Of a stretch of DNA of 64,000 bases, positions 51,924 through 64,000 are shown piece by piece. The position numbers were made by a program, and so were the translations under genes. Source of the stretch: the human T2T-CHM13v2.0 reference genome, Homo sapiens. The stretch lies in assembly GCF_009914755.1 (NCBI RefSeq), contig NC_060929.1; one strand, 5' to 3'. The notes under the pieces were generated by a model. That model had not been told where the DNA came from, made no database searches, and saw nothing but the letters and a program-made list of their open reading frames with translations. Positions within the stretch are counted from its first letter, which is position 1. Every line of letters starts with the position of its first letter.

Positions 51924-52204
51924 CTAGTGTCTTTTCCCACCTCAAGGTCTTATATTTTGTTTCATCTGCCTGGAACACCCTTCCCTTTGCTTTCTACATG
52001 GCTGGCTTATTCTGTCTTTAGATCCCAGCTCAGTTGTTACCTCCTCAGGGATGTCTTCCCCAACCACTCTAACTCAGTGTGCCAGCTCCATCATTCTGCT
52101 TACTTTATACCTTGTCAGGTTGTTTACATAGTAATACTAATTATTCGTCTGTTTACCATCTGTTTCCCTAGAAGAACACAAGCTTCATGAGGGCGGGGAC
52201 ATTC

Positions 52205-52907
52205 TTTTATTTTTATTTTAAGTTCCAGGGTACATGTGCAGGGTATGCAGGTTTGTTACATAGGTAAACGTGTGCATAGGTAAAAGGTGGTTTGCTGCAC
52301 CTATCAACCCATCACCTAGGTATTAAGCCCAGCATGCATTAGCTATTTTTCCTAATGCTCTCCCTTCCCTGGCAGGCCCCAATGTGTATTGTTCCCCTCC
52401 CCGTGTTCATGTGTTCTCATTGTTCAGCTCCCACTTATAAGTGAGAACATGCAGTGTTTGGTTTTCTGTTCCTGCGTTAGTTAGCTAAAGATAATGGCTT
52501 CTAGCTCCATCCATGTCCCCGCAAAGGACATGATCTCATTCCTTTTTATGGCTGCGTAGTATTGCATGGTGTAGATGTACCACATTTTCTTTATCCAGTC
52601 TATTGTTGGTGGGCATTTGTGTTGATTCCATGTCTTTGCTATTGTGAATAGTGCTGCAGTGAACACACATGTGCATGTATCTTTGTAATAGAATGATGTA
52701 TATTCCTTTGGGTATATACCCAGTAATTGGATTGCTAGGTCAAATGGTGTTTCTGGTTCTAAATTTTGGAGGAATTGCCACACTGTCTTCCACAATGGCT
52801 GAACTAATTTACATTCCCACCAACAGTGTAAAAGCATTCCTATTTCTCCACAACCTCTCCAAAATCTGTTGTTTCTTGACTTTGTAATAATTACCATTCT
52901 AACTGGC
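52205..52907 (-). mobile_element. L1PA-type 3' end inserted in an L2 3' end
   Basis: ORF 52481-52909 = L1 ORF2 C-terminus ([16 protein letters not shown]...IKKMWYIYT). Confidence 0.95.
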
Positions 52908-54328
52908 AATTATTTATTGCCAGTTAGACGTTTATTGAATGAGCATAATCGGTAAACATTTATTGAATGAGCATAAATGCTAAGAATTACAATGTGTTGT
53001 TGTGACTACAGTAATATGCAAGTTGTAGGCATCCTGAAGAACAAAGTGATTTACTCTACCTAGAAGAGCAGGGAATGGTGCTTTGCTAGAGAGATAATGC
53101 ATGTTTGAGCTGGGTCATAAAGGAAGAATAGGAATTTGTCAAGTAGACTGTGGGAGAAAGGGCATTCACCATAAATGGCAGAGTATATGCAGAGGCAAGA
53201 AAGCGTAAACTAATATGGTGTGTGTTTAGGAGGTTCTGAGCAGGTTAGGATTGTTGAAACGTAAAGGTCTAGCAGGTAGCCGAGGGTGCTGAGTGTGGAG
53301 AGTGGACAGGGGCATTGCTTGTTATGCTAAAGAATTCGACAGTGGGCATCTATGAAAAAGTTTCAAGCAGGGATGTGACACAATGGAGTGATTAGGTAAT
53401 TTAGAAAGATAGACACCAGGATAGTACAAGCAGGGGAAAGAGGAGTAGGGGCAAGACCGATTAGTAAGTAATTCCAGTTGTCCAGTTGAAAAATCAAGAG
53501 AGTCTCAACTCTGCAAATAACTCCATAGAGCAGTGAATGTCAATCCTGATTACACCTCAGAATCTGTAGGTTTTTAAATTAATATACACTCTTCTACCCA
53601 GATTCAGGAACTGCCAAAATAGGGATGACCCTTCTCTCTGGCCTGTGCTTTCTTGTGATTCTCTTAATTACAGTAGGAGGAAGTTCGAGAACACTGAGAC
53701 AGGAACTGGTCAGAGGAATTTTACTGTCCCATTATTCCCTATCCAAGAAGATGCTAAATCAAACTTGTACACTATCTGTCCTGCTTCCAGCCCTTCTTCA
53801 AAGGTGGGATTTCCATAATCCTCAGCCAACTTTATGAGCATGATCTGGTGATTGCTTAGAGATTTGGGAGAAAAAGTAGCAGAGAAGAAGAGTTCTGACT
53901 GCTCTTATCACTTCCTGTTGCACAGAAACTGTGGGTCAGAGGTGATACCAATCTTTTTATCATCTGAGACATGTAAAGTGCTCATATCCAACTGATCTTT
54001 CTTTTCTCATTCAAGGCACTAAGGGGAAGATTTTTTCCCCTATTCTCTGGTAGAAACCTAGAAAACAAGCCGGCATGATCTCCAGATAAGCAGCTTTGAG
54101 CAAGAGTTCCCATGGGTATTATATTTTCTTCTTCCTCTAGTCAGCTGAAGAGCAAGCAGTAGACAGACCACTGTCAACTTTAGACTTAACTTGAGAACAG
54201 TAGGTAATATTCAGATGTTAAGAAGCATAGTGACAAACTCTTATAGGGTAGAGTGGTTATAAACTTAATGTGATAGAATAAAACATGAACTGAAAGTTTT
54301 AATCGGTTTATCATGATTTCTATTGTAG

Positions 54329-54553
54329 GTGAAATTATTTTGGCCCTTCATCAATTAGATCTTCTTCAGAAAACTATTGTCATATACTCCTCAGACCATG
54401 GAGAGCTGGCCATGGAACATCGACAGTTTTATAAAATGAGCATGTACGAGGCTAGTGCACATGTTCCGCTTTTGATGATGGGACCAGGAATTAAAGCCGG
54501 CCTACAAGTATCAAATGTGGTTTCTCTTGTGGATATTTACCCTACCATGCTTG
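54329..54553 (+). CDS. ARSK: ARSK exon 6 (225 nt, phase 1/1; SDHG metal ligands)
   Basis: ttgtag|GT GAA ATT ... ATG CTT G|gtaagt; TIVIYSSDHGE, HVPLLMMGPG, VSLVDIYPT. Confidence 0.97.
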
Positions 54554-55477
54554 GTAAGTAATGTAGTTCTGTAAATATTTATTTGTAATAATGCTGGAGA
54601 ATGCAACTGAAGTTGTCAGTGAGTCAGTCTTTCAGTTAGTAGTCAGAGGCCCTGCTGACTTGTTTATAACCCTGAGCAACTCATTCAACTGTGAGTCAAA
54701 TCTGTACTCTGAAGAATGAAGAGATTGTTTTTCATGTCCCTGTGGCCTTCACTTACTATAGTCATTTTCCCTCAAAAGATTTGTATTCAGGAGATGACTG
54801 TAAAGTAAGCCATGTAAGATATTCGGGTTCATAACCTTATAGATATGATTTGTACATCATTTGATTGTCTACCACCACCTCCTTAAAATGTAAGCATTTC
54901 CTTTCTGAATTATTCTATTCACTTTGAAACTAGTATGAACATATTCCTCCTCAGACTCTTTAGATAGTTCTGTACTATTTGCTTTACTAGCTTCTTAATG
55001 TCTACAAGCATAGCCATATGTCTAGAAAAGCAACATATGGATAAGGGTAGTTAGCAGTTTTTGTTGAAGATACTAGAATAACGACATAATCAAATTCAAA
55101 GGAAATCATAGAACTAACTTCTAGTTTCTATCTCATTTAGCAAAGTACTTTAAATTCATTAGCATTTAAACACTAGTTTCTCTGTTCTAAGGCACCATCA
55201 ATTGGAAAAAGTACCCTCAATTCATAAATTTTGGTGAAAGAAAAAAAAATAGCACAAGTTATGTTCTCTAATTTCAGAAATGTTAAAATGTGAAAGAAAG
55301 ATGCATCTTAAAATCAAAGAAATCAGAGTTCTTTTTATCTGCTTCCTTCTGCCACAAAGTTCTTCCCTTAATTTAACTAAATTTATTTAGAGTTAATTTA
55401 AACCAGCGTCCTTTCCTCTTTTATTTCATATCCCTTCTCATATAATTACACATACTTCTTTCCAGTTCCTTGAACTC

Positions 55478-55774
55478 TTTTTTTTTGTGTGTGTGTGATG
55501 GAGTTTCGCTTTTTCACCCAGGCTGGAGTGCAGTGGTGCGATTTCGGCTCCCTGCAACCTCTGCCTAACAGTTTCAAGTGATTCTCCTGCCTCAGCCTCC
55601 TGAGTAGCTGGGATTACAGGCGCCTGCCACCATGTCCAGCTAATTTTTGTGTTTTTAGTAGAGATGGGGTTTCACCATGTTGGCCAGGATGGTCTTGATC
55701 CCTTGACCTTGTGATCCGCTTGCCTCGGCCTCCCAAAGTGCTGGGATTACAGGCGTGAGCCACTAAGCCTGGCC
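55478..55774 (-). mobile_element. Alu
   Basis: Full dimer, TSD about AGTTC(C/T)TTGAA. Confidence 0.97.
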
Positions 55775-57487
55775 AGTTCTTTGAATTTTTAATCTCTTCT
55801 GTTTCTTAGTCATCATTTGCTGGTTTCCCTTTATCCCAAAGTAATGATCACACTCAGCCATATCTGGGCCACTTTCTCATTCCATTAGTTTCTAGCTGAT
55901 CACTATTACTTTTCCTCATTTCTGTGTTTTTTTTAAAGAAGTTTATATAGAATTGTGTATATTTGGGTCTCTTTTATTAGTATATTTAGAGTTTTATGAA
56001 TATATATGAATTTAGAGTTTTATGAATATATGCCTATATTCTTTACAATTTCCTTCCTTAATTTTTCTTCATGTAGAACTCTCCCTACCCTCCCCATTCC
56101 CAAAGAAAATCTTCCTTGGGTCATCTTTGCTTGACTTTTTAGCCTCATTCTGTTTTCTTGAGGTATAGTGACCAGAACTGCAAAAAGGTATTGTAAAAGA
56201 TTATGGAAAGCTGGGGTGATTCTTTCTCCGTTTTTCCCTCAGTATATTTCAAAGTGATAGTTGCCATTTTATCTATTTGACTCTAGCAGCTAAATAGTTA
56301 AATATCTTTAGGGAGTTGTCTACAGTGAGCCCTATTCAATTCTTAGACATTCTGTCATCATATATGTTAGTTAATTAAAATGCATGGTTTAAATCATTTT
56401 TCTTTAAACATTATTTTATATTTGCCCACAATGCAAATTTTGTACTCTACAATCTTGAGAAGATACCATTATTACTTCTTGCCATTTTATACATCATAAA
56501 AGTTAAAGGTCATCTGCAAACTAGCAGATTTCATAATGTATTTAACAGGTCATATAAGAAAATACTAAATAAAATTTGTTAGAATGGGGAAATTCTCATG
56601 CATCTACCTATCATCACTGCCTAATTTATGTTACTTGCTAATAAGAATTTCTCTAGCTAAGAAAATACTGTCTCAGAAACTCCTCTAAATTCCATCCCAA
56701 CTCTTCTGTAAATGATGTAAATTCCCTGCACCTGTAGGTTTTTTTCCTGCAATTTGTCAATTATTATAATTCTCTAAAACTATAGTTTTATATAGATTTT
56801 TATTTTTCATAAGATTCTTGGTAATAGACTCCTTCTAAGTCACATTTCCCTGCAGAATATGTTTTATTAACAGCATTTAGATCATGTGTTGATTAGACCT
56901 CCTCAGTAAAAGGAAATAAAGTCAAAAATAAATCTCTCCAATTCTAAACTGAAAAATTAACATCTTCGTGGCTTAGCACAGTTTATAATGTGTTTCACAT
57001 TGAATATTATTTTTATTATCAGAAGAGGGAAAGCTACATTTAAATGATTTTTTTAGTTGGGGAAGAGTGAGTGGAGAATACCTATGGATGGGTCTTTATA
57101 TAAAACACTGAAACATTCTATTAACCAGATGTTAACCAGTGATAATGGTAGAAAGAGAACAATGCAACAAAAACCTTATGCTGGAGCCAGGAGACAACAT
57201 TGTAACACAATTATTTACTTAAATTAATCTTTTTATAAATGATAAAGGTTTAATATTCATAGAGCTCTTATAAATCTGTAAGAAAAAGAGGAATACCTTA
57301 TTAACAGATGGATCAAAAGAAATAAGCAATTCACAACAGAAAATATACACAAATGGCCAATATATTTTTAAAGAATCAAAGTCAGTGGTCATAAAAATAT
57401 TAAAACAGAAAAATATTTTTCTTTCACATATAAAGTTTACAAAGGTTAAGAAGAATTAGAAAATCTTATATTAGAAATAGTCCTTCT

Positions 57488-57811
<324 letters not shown>

Positions 57812-58036
57812 CTACTGGGAATATAAACTGATACAAATGTTTTGTAGGCAAATGTGACGTTACATTTCATATTTCTTAGAAATGTGCATATGTTTTGACC
57901 TAGAAATCCTAATTTTAGGAAATAACCTGTAGATATGCACAAATATTTATCTCCCTGGATATGTATTACCATATTAAGAATTAGAAACAATATGAATATC
58001 TAGTAGTAATGATTGGATTAAAAATAGTCACTTCTA

Positions 58037-58769
58037 ATGCACATCAAAACCACAATGAGATAGCATCTCATAGCAGTCAAAATGGCAATTATTAAAAAGT
58101 CAAAAAGCAACAGATGTTGGTGAGGCTGCAGAGAAAGGGGAACACTTATACAGTGTTGGTGGGAGTGTAAATTAGTTCAGCCACTGTGGGAAGCAGTTTG
58201 GAGATTTCTCAAAGAACTTAAAACAGAGCTACCATTAGACCCAGCAATCCCATTACTGGGTACATACCAAAAAATACATAAATCATTCTACCAAAAAGAC
58301 ATGCACTTGCAGCACTATTCACAATAGTAAAGGCATGGAATCAACCTAGGTGCCCATTAGTGGTGGACTGAATAAAGAAAATGTGGCACATATACACCAT
58401 GGAATACTACAAAGCCATCAAAAATGAAATAATGGCCTTTGCAGCAACATGAATGGAACTGGAGGCCATTATCCTAAGCAAATTAACACAATAACAGAAA
58501 ACCAAATACCGGATGTTCTCACTTATAAGTGAGAACTAAACATTGGTTACTCATGGACGTAAAAATGCCAACAAGAAACACTGGGGACTACTAGAAGGGA
58601 GAGGGAGGGAGGGAGGGGGCCAGAGGGCCAGAGGTTGATAAACTGTTGGGCACTATGCCCAGTACCTGGGTGATGCAATCATTCCTATCCCAAACCTCAA
58701 CATCAAGTAATATACCCAGGGAACAAACCTGCACATGTACCCACTGAATCTAAAACGTTGAAAAAAAAA
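58037..58769 (+). mobile_element. L1PA/PB-type 3' end nested in older L1M (about 57200-58850)
   Basis: atcaaaaccacaatgaga...aaacctgcacatgtacc...A tail. Confidence 0.9.
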
Positions 58770-60477
58770 GTCAATTAATTTTAACAAGTGAAATGTGTGA
58801 AAATTGCCCCCATGTATTAAAAAGAAAATGAAGGCTTTAAAACTGTACAAATTGATGTTTTTGTTTTGTTTTGTTTCCTTTTTAGATACTGTGTCCATCT
58901 AATTTACTGTCCAAATTAGCAGGTTTTTAGAGTACTATTAACAATTACACCAGCATTAACAGGCAGAAACTGAGGCTACTCTTTATTTAACAGCCTTAGG
59001 AGCCAACAAAACAAAGATCATTCTGATGGTCTACGTTTAATCTGATGGATCATTCAACCTTTTAAGATAAAATTCCTCAGTGCTGGAACAGTTTAAAGCT
59101 ACTTTATTAGTGATTAATTCTAAAATTAGACCTGTGAGACAGTATGTTCTACTTCACCTCTGCTTAATAAACAAACTTATACATATTTTGATAAAACATC
59201 TACAAAGGACTTCTTATTTTGTTCTAACCAATTAGGAGCTTAAAATAGATATAAGCAAGTATCTATTCTTAGAGCTCTCAAAGTCCTTTCTTTATTAGTT
59301 TAGCTGTAGCTTTATTATTTTGTATGAATCCTGTTTACACACACAGAGGAGAGGCTTATAAAGAAAAATGATATAAAGAGAAAAATTTGTTTTGAAATTG
59401 ATTTTTCAAGGATAAACTTTGCTTATAGTGTATTTGACTTTTAAAATATTTGAGTCTTCTGGAAACTAAAAATGAAATTAAAATCCTGAAATGTCTGTTA
59501 AACAGAAAAAAACACTTCTTGTATCAAAAAATATATATATATCTCAAGCCAAAAACTCAAGCGATATTTCCTCCTCACTTCCATTCTGTGGATCTTAGAA
59601 ATGTATAAAAGATGGTTATTCTACCTTCAATAGAAAGAAACTGAATAAGAAAAACCAACTGGAATTCCTGTTTTAATAAACCTATCTTACTATCAAGAGG
59701 CTATTGAAATTTAAGATGCAACAATACTTTATTTAAAAGTTTGAATTTACAAGTCATTTTTTAAAAGGTATTTTAAAAGAGTGGTTTTTTTAAAGAAAAT
59801 ATTTTATGATAAAATAGGAAGAATATGCTTAGTTTATTTGTGCTTTTGGATCAAATAAACTAATTCTATCACTAGTGTGATAGGATACTATTACATTATC
59901 ATTTCCTAATACCAGCAGGAAAATGACATTTATGAATAGGAATTCTTTATAATATTAATATTAAAGTTGATATTATTTCTGAGATTATTTAAAAATTACT
60001 TCCCGAAATATTTTCTTCTCTAATACCTGGTATCAGCATCTTTTAGCTCAGTAAGAACTAAAGGTGTCTCGTTTTGTAGTTAAAATTGTTTTGATTTTTA
60101 TTTTTAAGCTTATTTTCATGTGAATTGTTTTCTGTAATAGTCTTTCTGTAAAACACCTGCCTTTCTCCACTTAAAAGATAAGTCTAGATTTTTTTAATTT
60201 TGAGAATGTAATTATACAAAAATGCAGTTGTAGTTAAAAGAATATTTCATTGCTAGTAATTTAAATTTCAAAACCCTTCTTGTTACAGGACCTTAGTGGA
60301 AGCCTGGGGGTTGGCAGGTGTTTTGCATAGATTCTTGTGTTTTTATTGGCTGAGGAATATTATGAAGTTGGCTAACTACAGTAAGGCAAGGCTTATGGTG
60401 TAGTATTAAAAGTACAGAGATTGTAAGGTCAGACTGCCTAAGTTCAAACCCCTCTTTACTCGTTACCAACTGCGTAA

Positions 60478-60852
<375 letters not shown>

Positions 60853-61449
60853 CTATTTCATAGCTCAGAACAATGCCTGGAACATGGTGAACAATTAAAT
60901 GTTAGATATGGTTATCATTAATATGTTTAATTCTTCTTAGATATGCTCTAAAAAATGTGTATATTAGTTTGCATCATTGCCATACCACTCAAATCCATTA
61001 TGTACTGATATGTTCAGGAAGAAATATAATATCATCTCTCTTCAGGAGATCATCACACATATCCAGGCCTGCATTTTTACCATTTGTTTACTGTTTTACA
61101 TTAAGTCACTCTTGCTTAAGAACCCTGCGGTTACTTCTAGTCTGTGCTTATACTCCCATGAAAGATGAAGCTTATTTAAAATGGAGTTAGAATGACAGGT
61201 TTGCCAGGAGAAATAAATATGCAAAATGATTTTAAATAAAAATCAAACAGCTTTTTGAAAAGCAGTCTAAACTAAAGCGCTTTTAAGGGAATTATTGATA
61301 AATATATGAAAAATGAAAACCCAATTTTCTGAGGCACAGAAAAACCAATAAATACTTGAAGTATTTATTAAATATTATGGATATTTCGCATGGGTTTTAT
61401 CAATTTACAAAGGTATTTTATTCTATCAATAATAGACTGGAATCCCAAG

Positions 61450-62092
61450 TTCCCCTTATCTCTTGCCTGGATTCCTGCAATAGCTTCCTAACTCTCTCTG
61501 ACCTTCTGCCCTTACCCACTTTTAGTCAATTCACCATTCCGTTGTTAGTGTCAGACTGTCACACCTCTGCTCAAAACCCTCTACTGATTTCCCATTTCAC
61601 CTAGAGTAAAAATTCAGTGTCTTTAATTAGGCTTTGAGAGTCCAACATGATCTCTTCTCTTCCCCAACTCATCTCTTATAATTTTATCCCTCACTTACTC
61701 TACTCCAGCCAAACAGGCCTGCTTGGTGTTTGGAAAATAAACCAAGTAGGTTCCTGCCTTGGGGACTGTACACTTGCTATTCCCCTGGGGGAATGCCCTT
61801 TCCCCAGATAACTGTAGGGCTCACTCTAGCCCCTCCTCGGGACACTGTCTAAATGTGACCTTCTCAGAGGGGCCTTCCCTGACCACCCTATATAAAACAG
61901 CACATACCCACATGCCTGCCATCACTCTCTATCTCCCTTACCCTGCCTTCTTCTTCTTCATTGCACTTACCACCATCTGACACAGCTGTTTCTGTCTGCC
62001 CACATTAGAATGTTAGCTCTGGGAGAGCTTTTCTGCCTTGACCAGTGTTGTTTCCCTACAGCTAGAACAGCACCTGGTTTGCTGAATGAATT
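61450..62092 (+). mobile_element. L2 3' end
   Basis: gcaatagcttcctaact...cacctctgctcaaaaccctc...ttagaatgttagctc...tgaatgaat. Confidence 0.75.
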
Positions 62093-63424
62093 TTAAAAAT
62101 GAACACTTGAATGGACTCTTTCCCAGTTTACTAATGACTTCTCATAAACACAGGAGAAACATAAGTTTCTTAGTCTTCCAAGCTTCCTTAGGAAAATTAA
62201 GAATGGTTCTAAAATAAGGCATTTCTAAGTATTAAAGGTTATTAAAATGCTGAGTACAAGAACTTGCCATAGTCATGAGTATGTGCCAGTTGGTTCCTGC
62301 CTCCCAACCTTTCTTAAAGACTACTTCTCTCTCTTCCCATGCCTTGCTGGTGGTGCCTCCTGATGGCTGACACACAGACCACCCCTTACCCAGCCTCTTC
62401 CCTCACAGCCTTCTTTCCACTGCTTACAGTAGGTAGTCTCTGTGTCTTGGAGCACAGTTAGTTTCACCCAGGCAAGGCTTCTCTCCCGGGCACATCCTCT
62501 TTAACCTCTTTTCTCCTCTTTTTGTTTTTAACCAGTCACCTCTGAAATACTCCTCTCTTCTTTCTTTCCTTATCTCTGAACAAAAAAGCCACTAATTTTG
62601 ATTGGTTGGCAGAAAATTAATACTTGTGATAGTCTTCTTCCAAGGAAAATGGAAGCTACAAACTTTTTTTATCAAGTTATATATGAAACAACTACCTTCA
62701 GAAGATTTATAGCGGTCTTCATCTACTTCCCTATTATCCTTTAATTAACCTGTTTTTGTCAAAGATAGTCAAGTTAAATTAATTTTCTTATTCAATTTGG
62801 TTTAATTTCTAACATTACAGATATAATTCTATTTTTCATTGGAAATATTTATACATAAAATATGAACATTGAAACCAGAAAAGGGCTGGGGAAGACAACT
62901 GCAGACTCATTTTGGAACAACCCTAATTACCCAGACATAATTAATGGTAATTTTTCTATAGGAAGAGGGAAGTTTAAGGTCTAATTACCTTGAAAGCAAT
63001 TTTTAAAAGTATAAGCTATTTTTCAGTTGAACATTTCTCATGCTGTTGTTCTATATGTCTACATTTGGTAAGTTAAAAATTATTTTTCCCTTCCTAAATA
63101 TAATCCACAATTCCTGAAAGCATGTTTTTCAAGATGCTAGTCCCTCAAGATGCTACTTGAGAATGTAAAAAGCTCTGTTATCACATAACTTTGGGGCACA
63201 TAGTATACTATATACCACTCCTGAAGGTTTATCATATACATCAGCAATAAATTTACATCTACAACAAACTTATGTATTTAATTTTGTTTAACCATTGTTT
63301 TGCAAACATATAAGACTACTAAACCCCTTTCTTGTATAAGACTTGTTAATATCCCATGAAAGAAACTTTGAGAAACAACTATGATTATTTAATCATTTAG
63401 AGAAAAAAGGAATAGTGATATTAA

Positions 63425-63610
63425 CTATTTGTTGAAGGCTCCTATCTGCCAGGCATTGTCCTCAGAGTTCTTAGAATTTTACATAAAGTATCTTATTTAA
63501 ACCTAAAATGAACCTAATAAATACAAGTACTGTGGTCATCCCCTTCTTACAGATGAGAAAACTGAGGTTGAGATAAGTAAATTACTTGCTGAAGTCCACA
63601 TGGCCAGTGG
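63425..63610 (-). mobile_element. MIR
   Basis: ttacagatgagaaaactgagg core. Confidence 0.75.
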
Positions 63611-63774
63611 GGTAAGCATGTGAATTTTGGCAGCCTGTTTACAAAATCCATATACAATCTCCAGTCTCCATGGCATTTAATGGTATGAAAAAAATGTGAA
63701 TGATGCTATTTGTGAATGTTCAGCTAATAAAAGAATGAGCTATTTTAAGATATTTGGTTATTTTTGTTACATAG

Positions 63775-63999
63775 ATATTGCTGGAATTCCTCTGCCTCAG
63801 AACCTGAGTGGATACTCTTTGTTGCCGTTATCATCAGAAACATTTAAGAATGAACATAAAGTCAAAAACCTGCATCCACCCTGGATTCTGAGTGAATTCC
63901 ATGGATGTAATGTGAATGCCTCCACCTACATGCTTCGAACTAACCACTGGAAATATATAGCCTATTCGGATGGTGCATCAATATTGCCTCAACTCTTTG
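63775..63999 (+). CDS. ARSK: ARSK exon 7 (probably 225 nt, phase 1/1)
   Basis: tacatag|AT ATT GCT GGA...; DIAGIPLPQNLSGYSLLPL...WKYIAYSDGASILPQLF; only the first G of the presumed donor is inside the window. Confidence 0.92.
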
Positions 64000-64000
64000 G

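Noticed and set aside
52481-52909. 142-aa ORF, longest in the track
   Set aside because: C-terminal fragment of L1 ORF2 from a 5'-truncated copy, not a gene
55985-56030. Short direct duplication TTTAGAGTTTTATGAATATAT (similar case near 38557-38615)
   Set aside because: Ordinary slippage duplications in AT-rich or L1 DNA

Overview
Primate (by protein identity, human) genomic DNA holding two head-to-head genes that share a CpG-island bidirectional promoter at about 17.5-18.4 kb. On the - strand is the 5' part of SKIC3/TTC37 (TPR scaffold of the SKI complex): three probable non-coding exons and six coding exons, running off the left edge. On the + strand are ARSK (arylsulfatase K, lysosomal glucuronate-2-sulfatase) exons 1-7, with the last exon beyond the right edge. 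Introns are dense in Alu, L1, L2, MIR, LTR and DNA-transposon fossils, which explain nearly all other ORF-track entries. I see no new gene system. The best leads are regulatory: a strong-Kozak uORF exon in the SKIC3 leader, a CLEAR-like E-box shared by a lysosomal and an RNA-decay gene, a CFTR-like (TG)n weak exon in SKIC3, an Alu-flanked ARSK exon 6 whose back-splice junction would mimic the linear junction, and several template-switch scars at retroelement junctions. Exon boundaries were read by eye and checked for frame continuity; repeat boundaries and subfamily names are approximate and recalled from consensus sequences.
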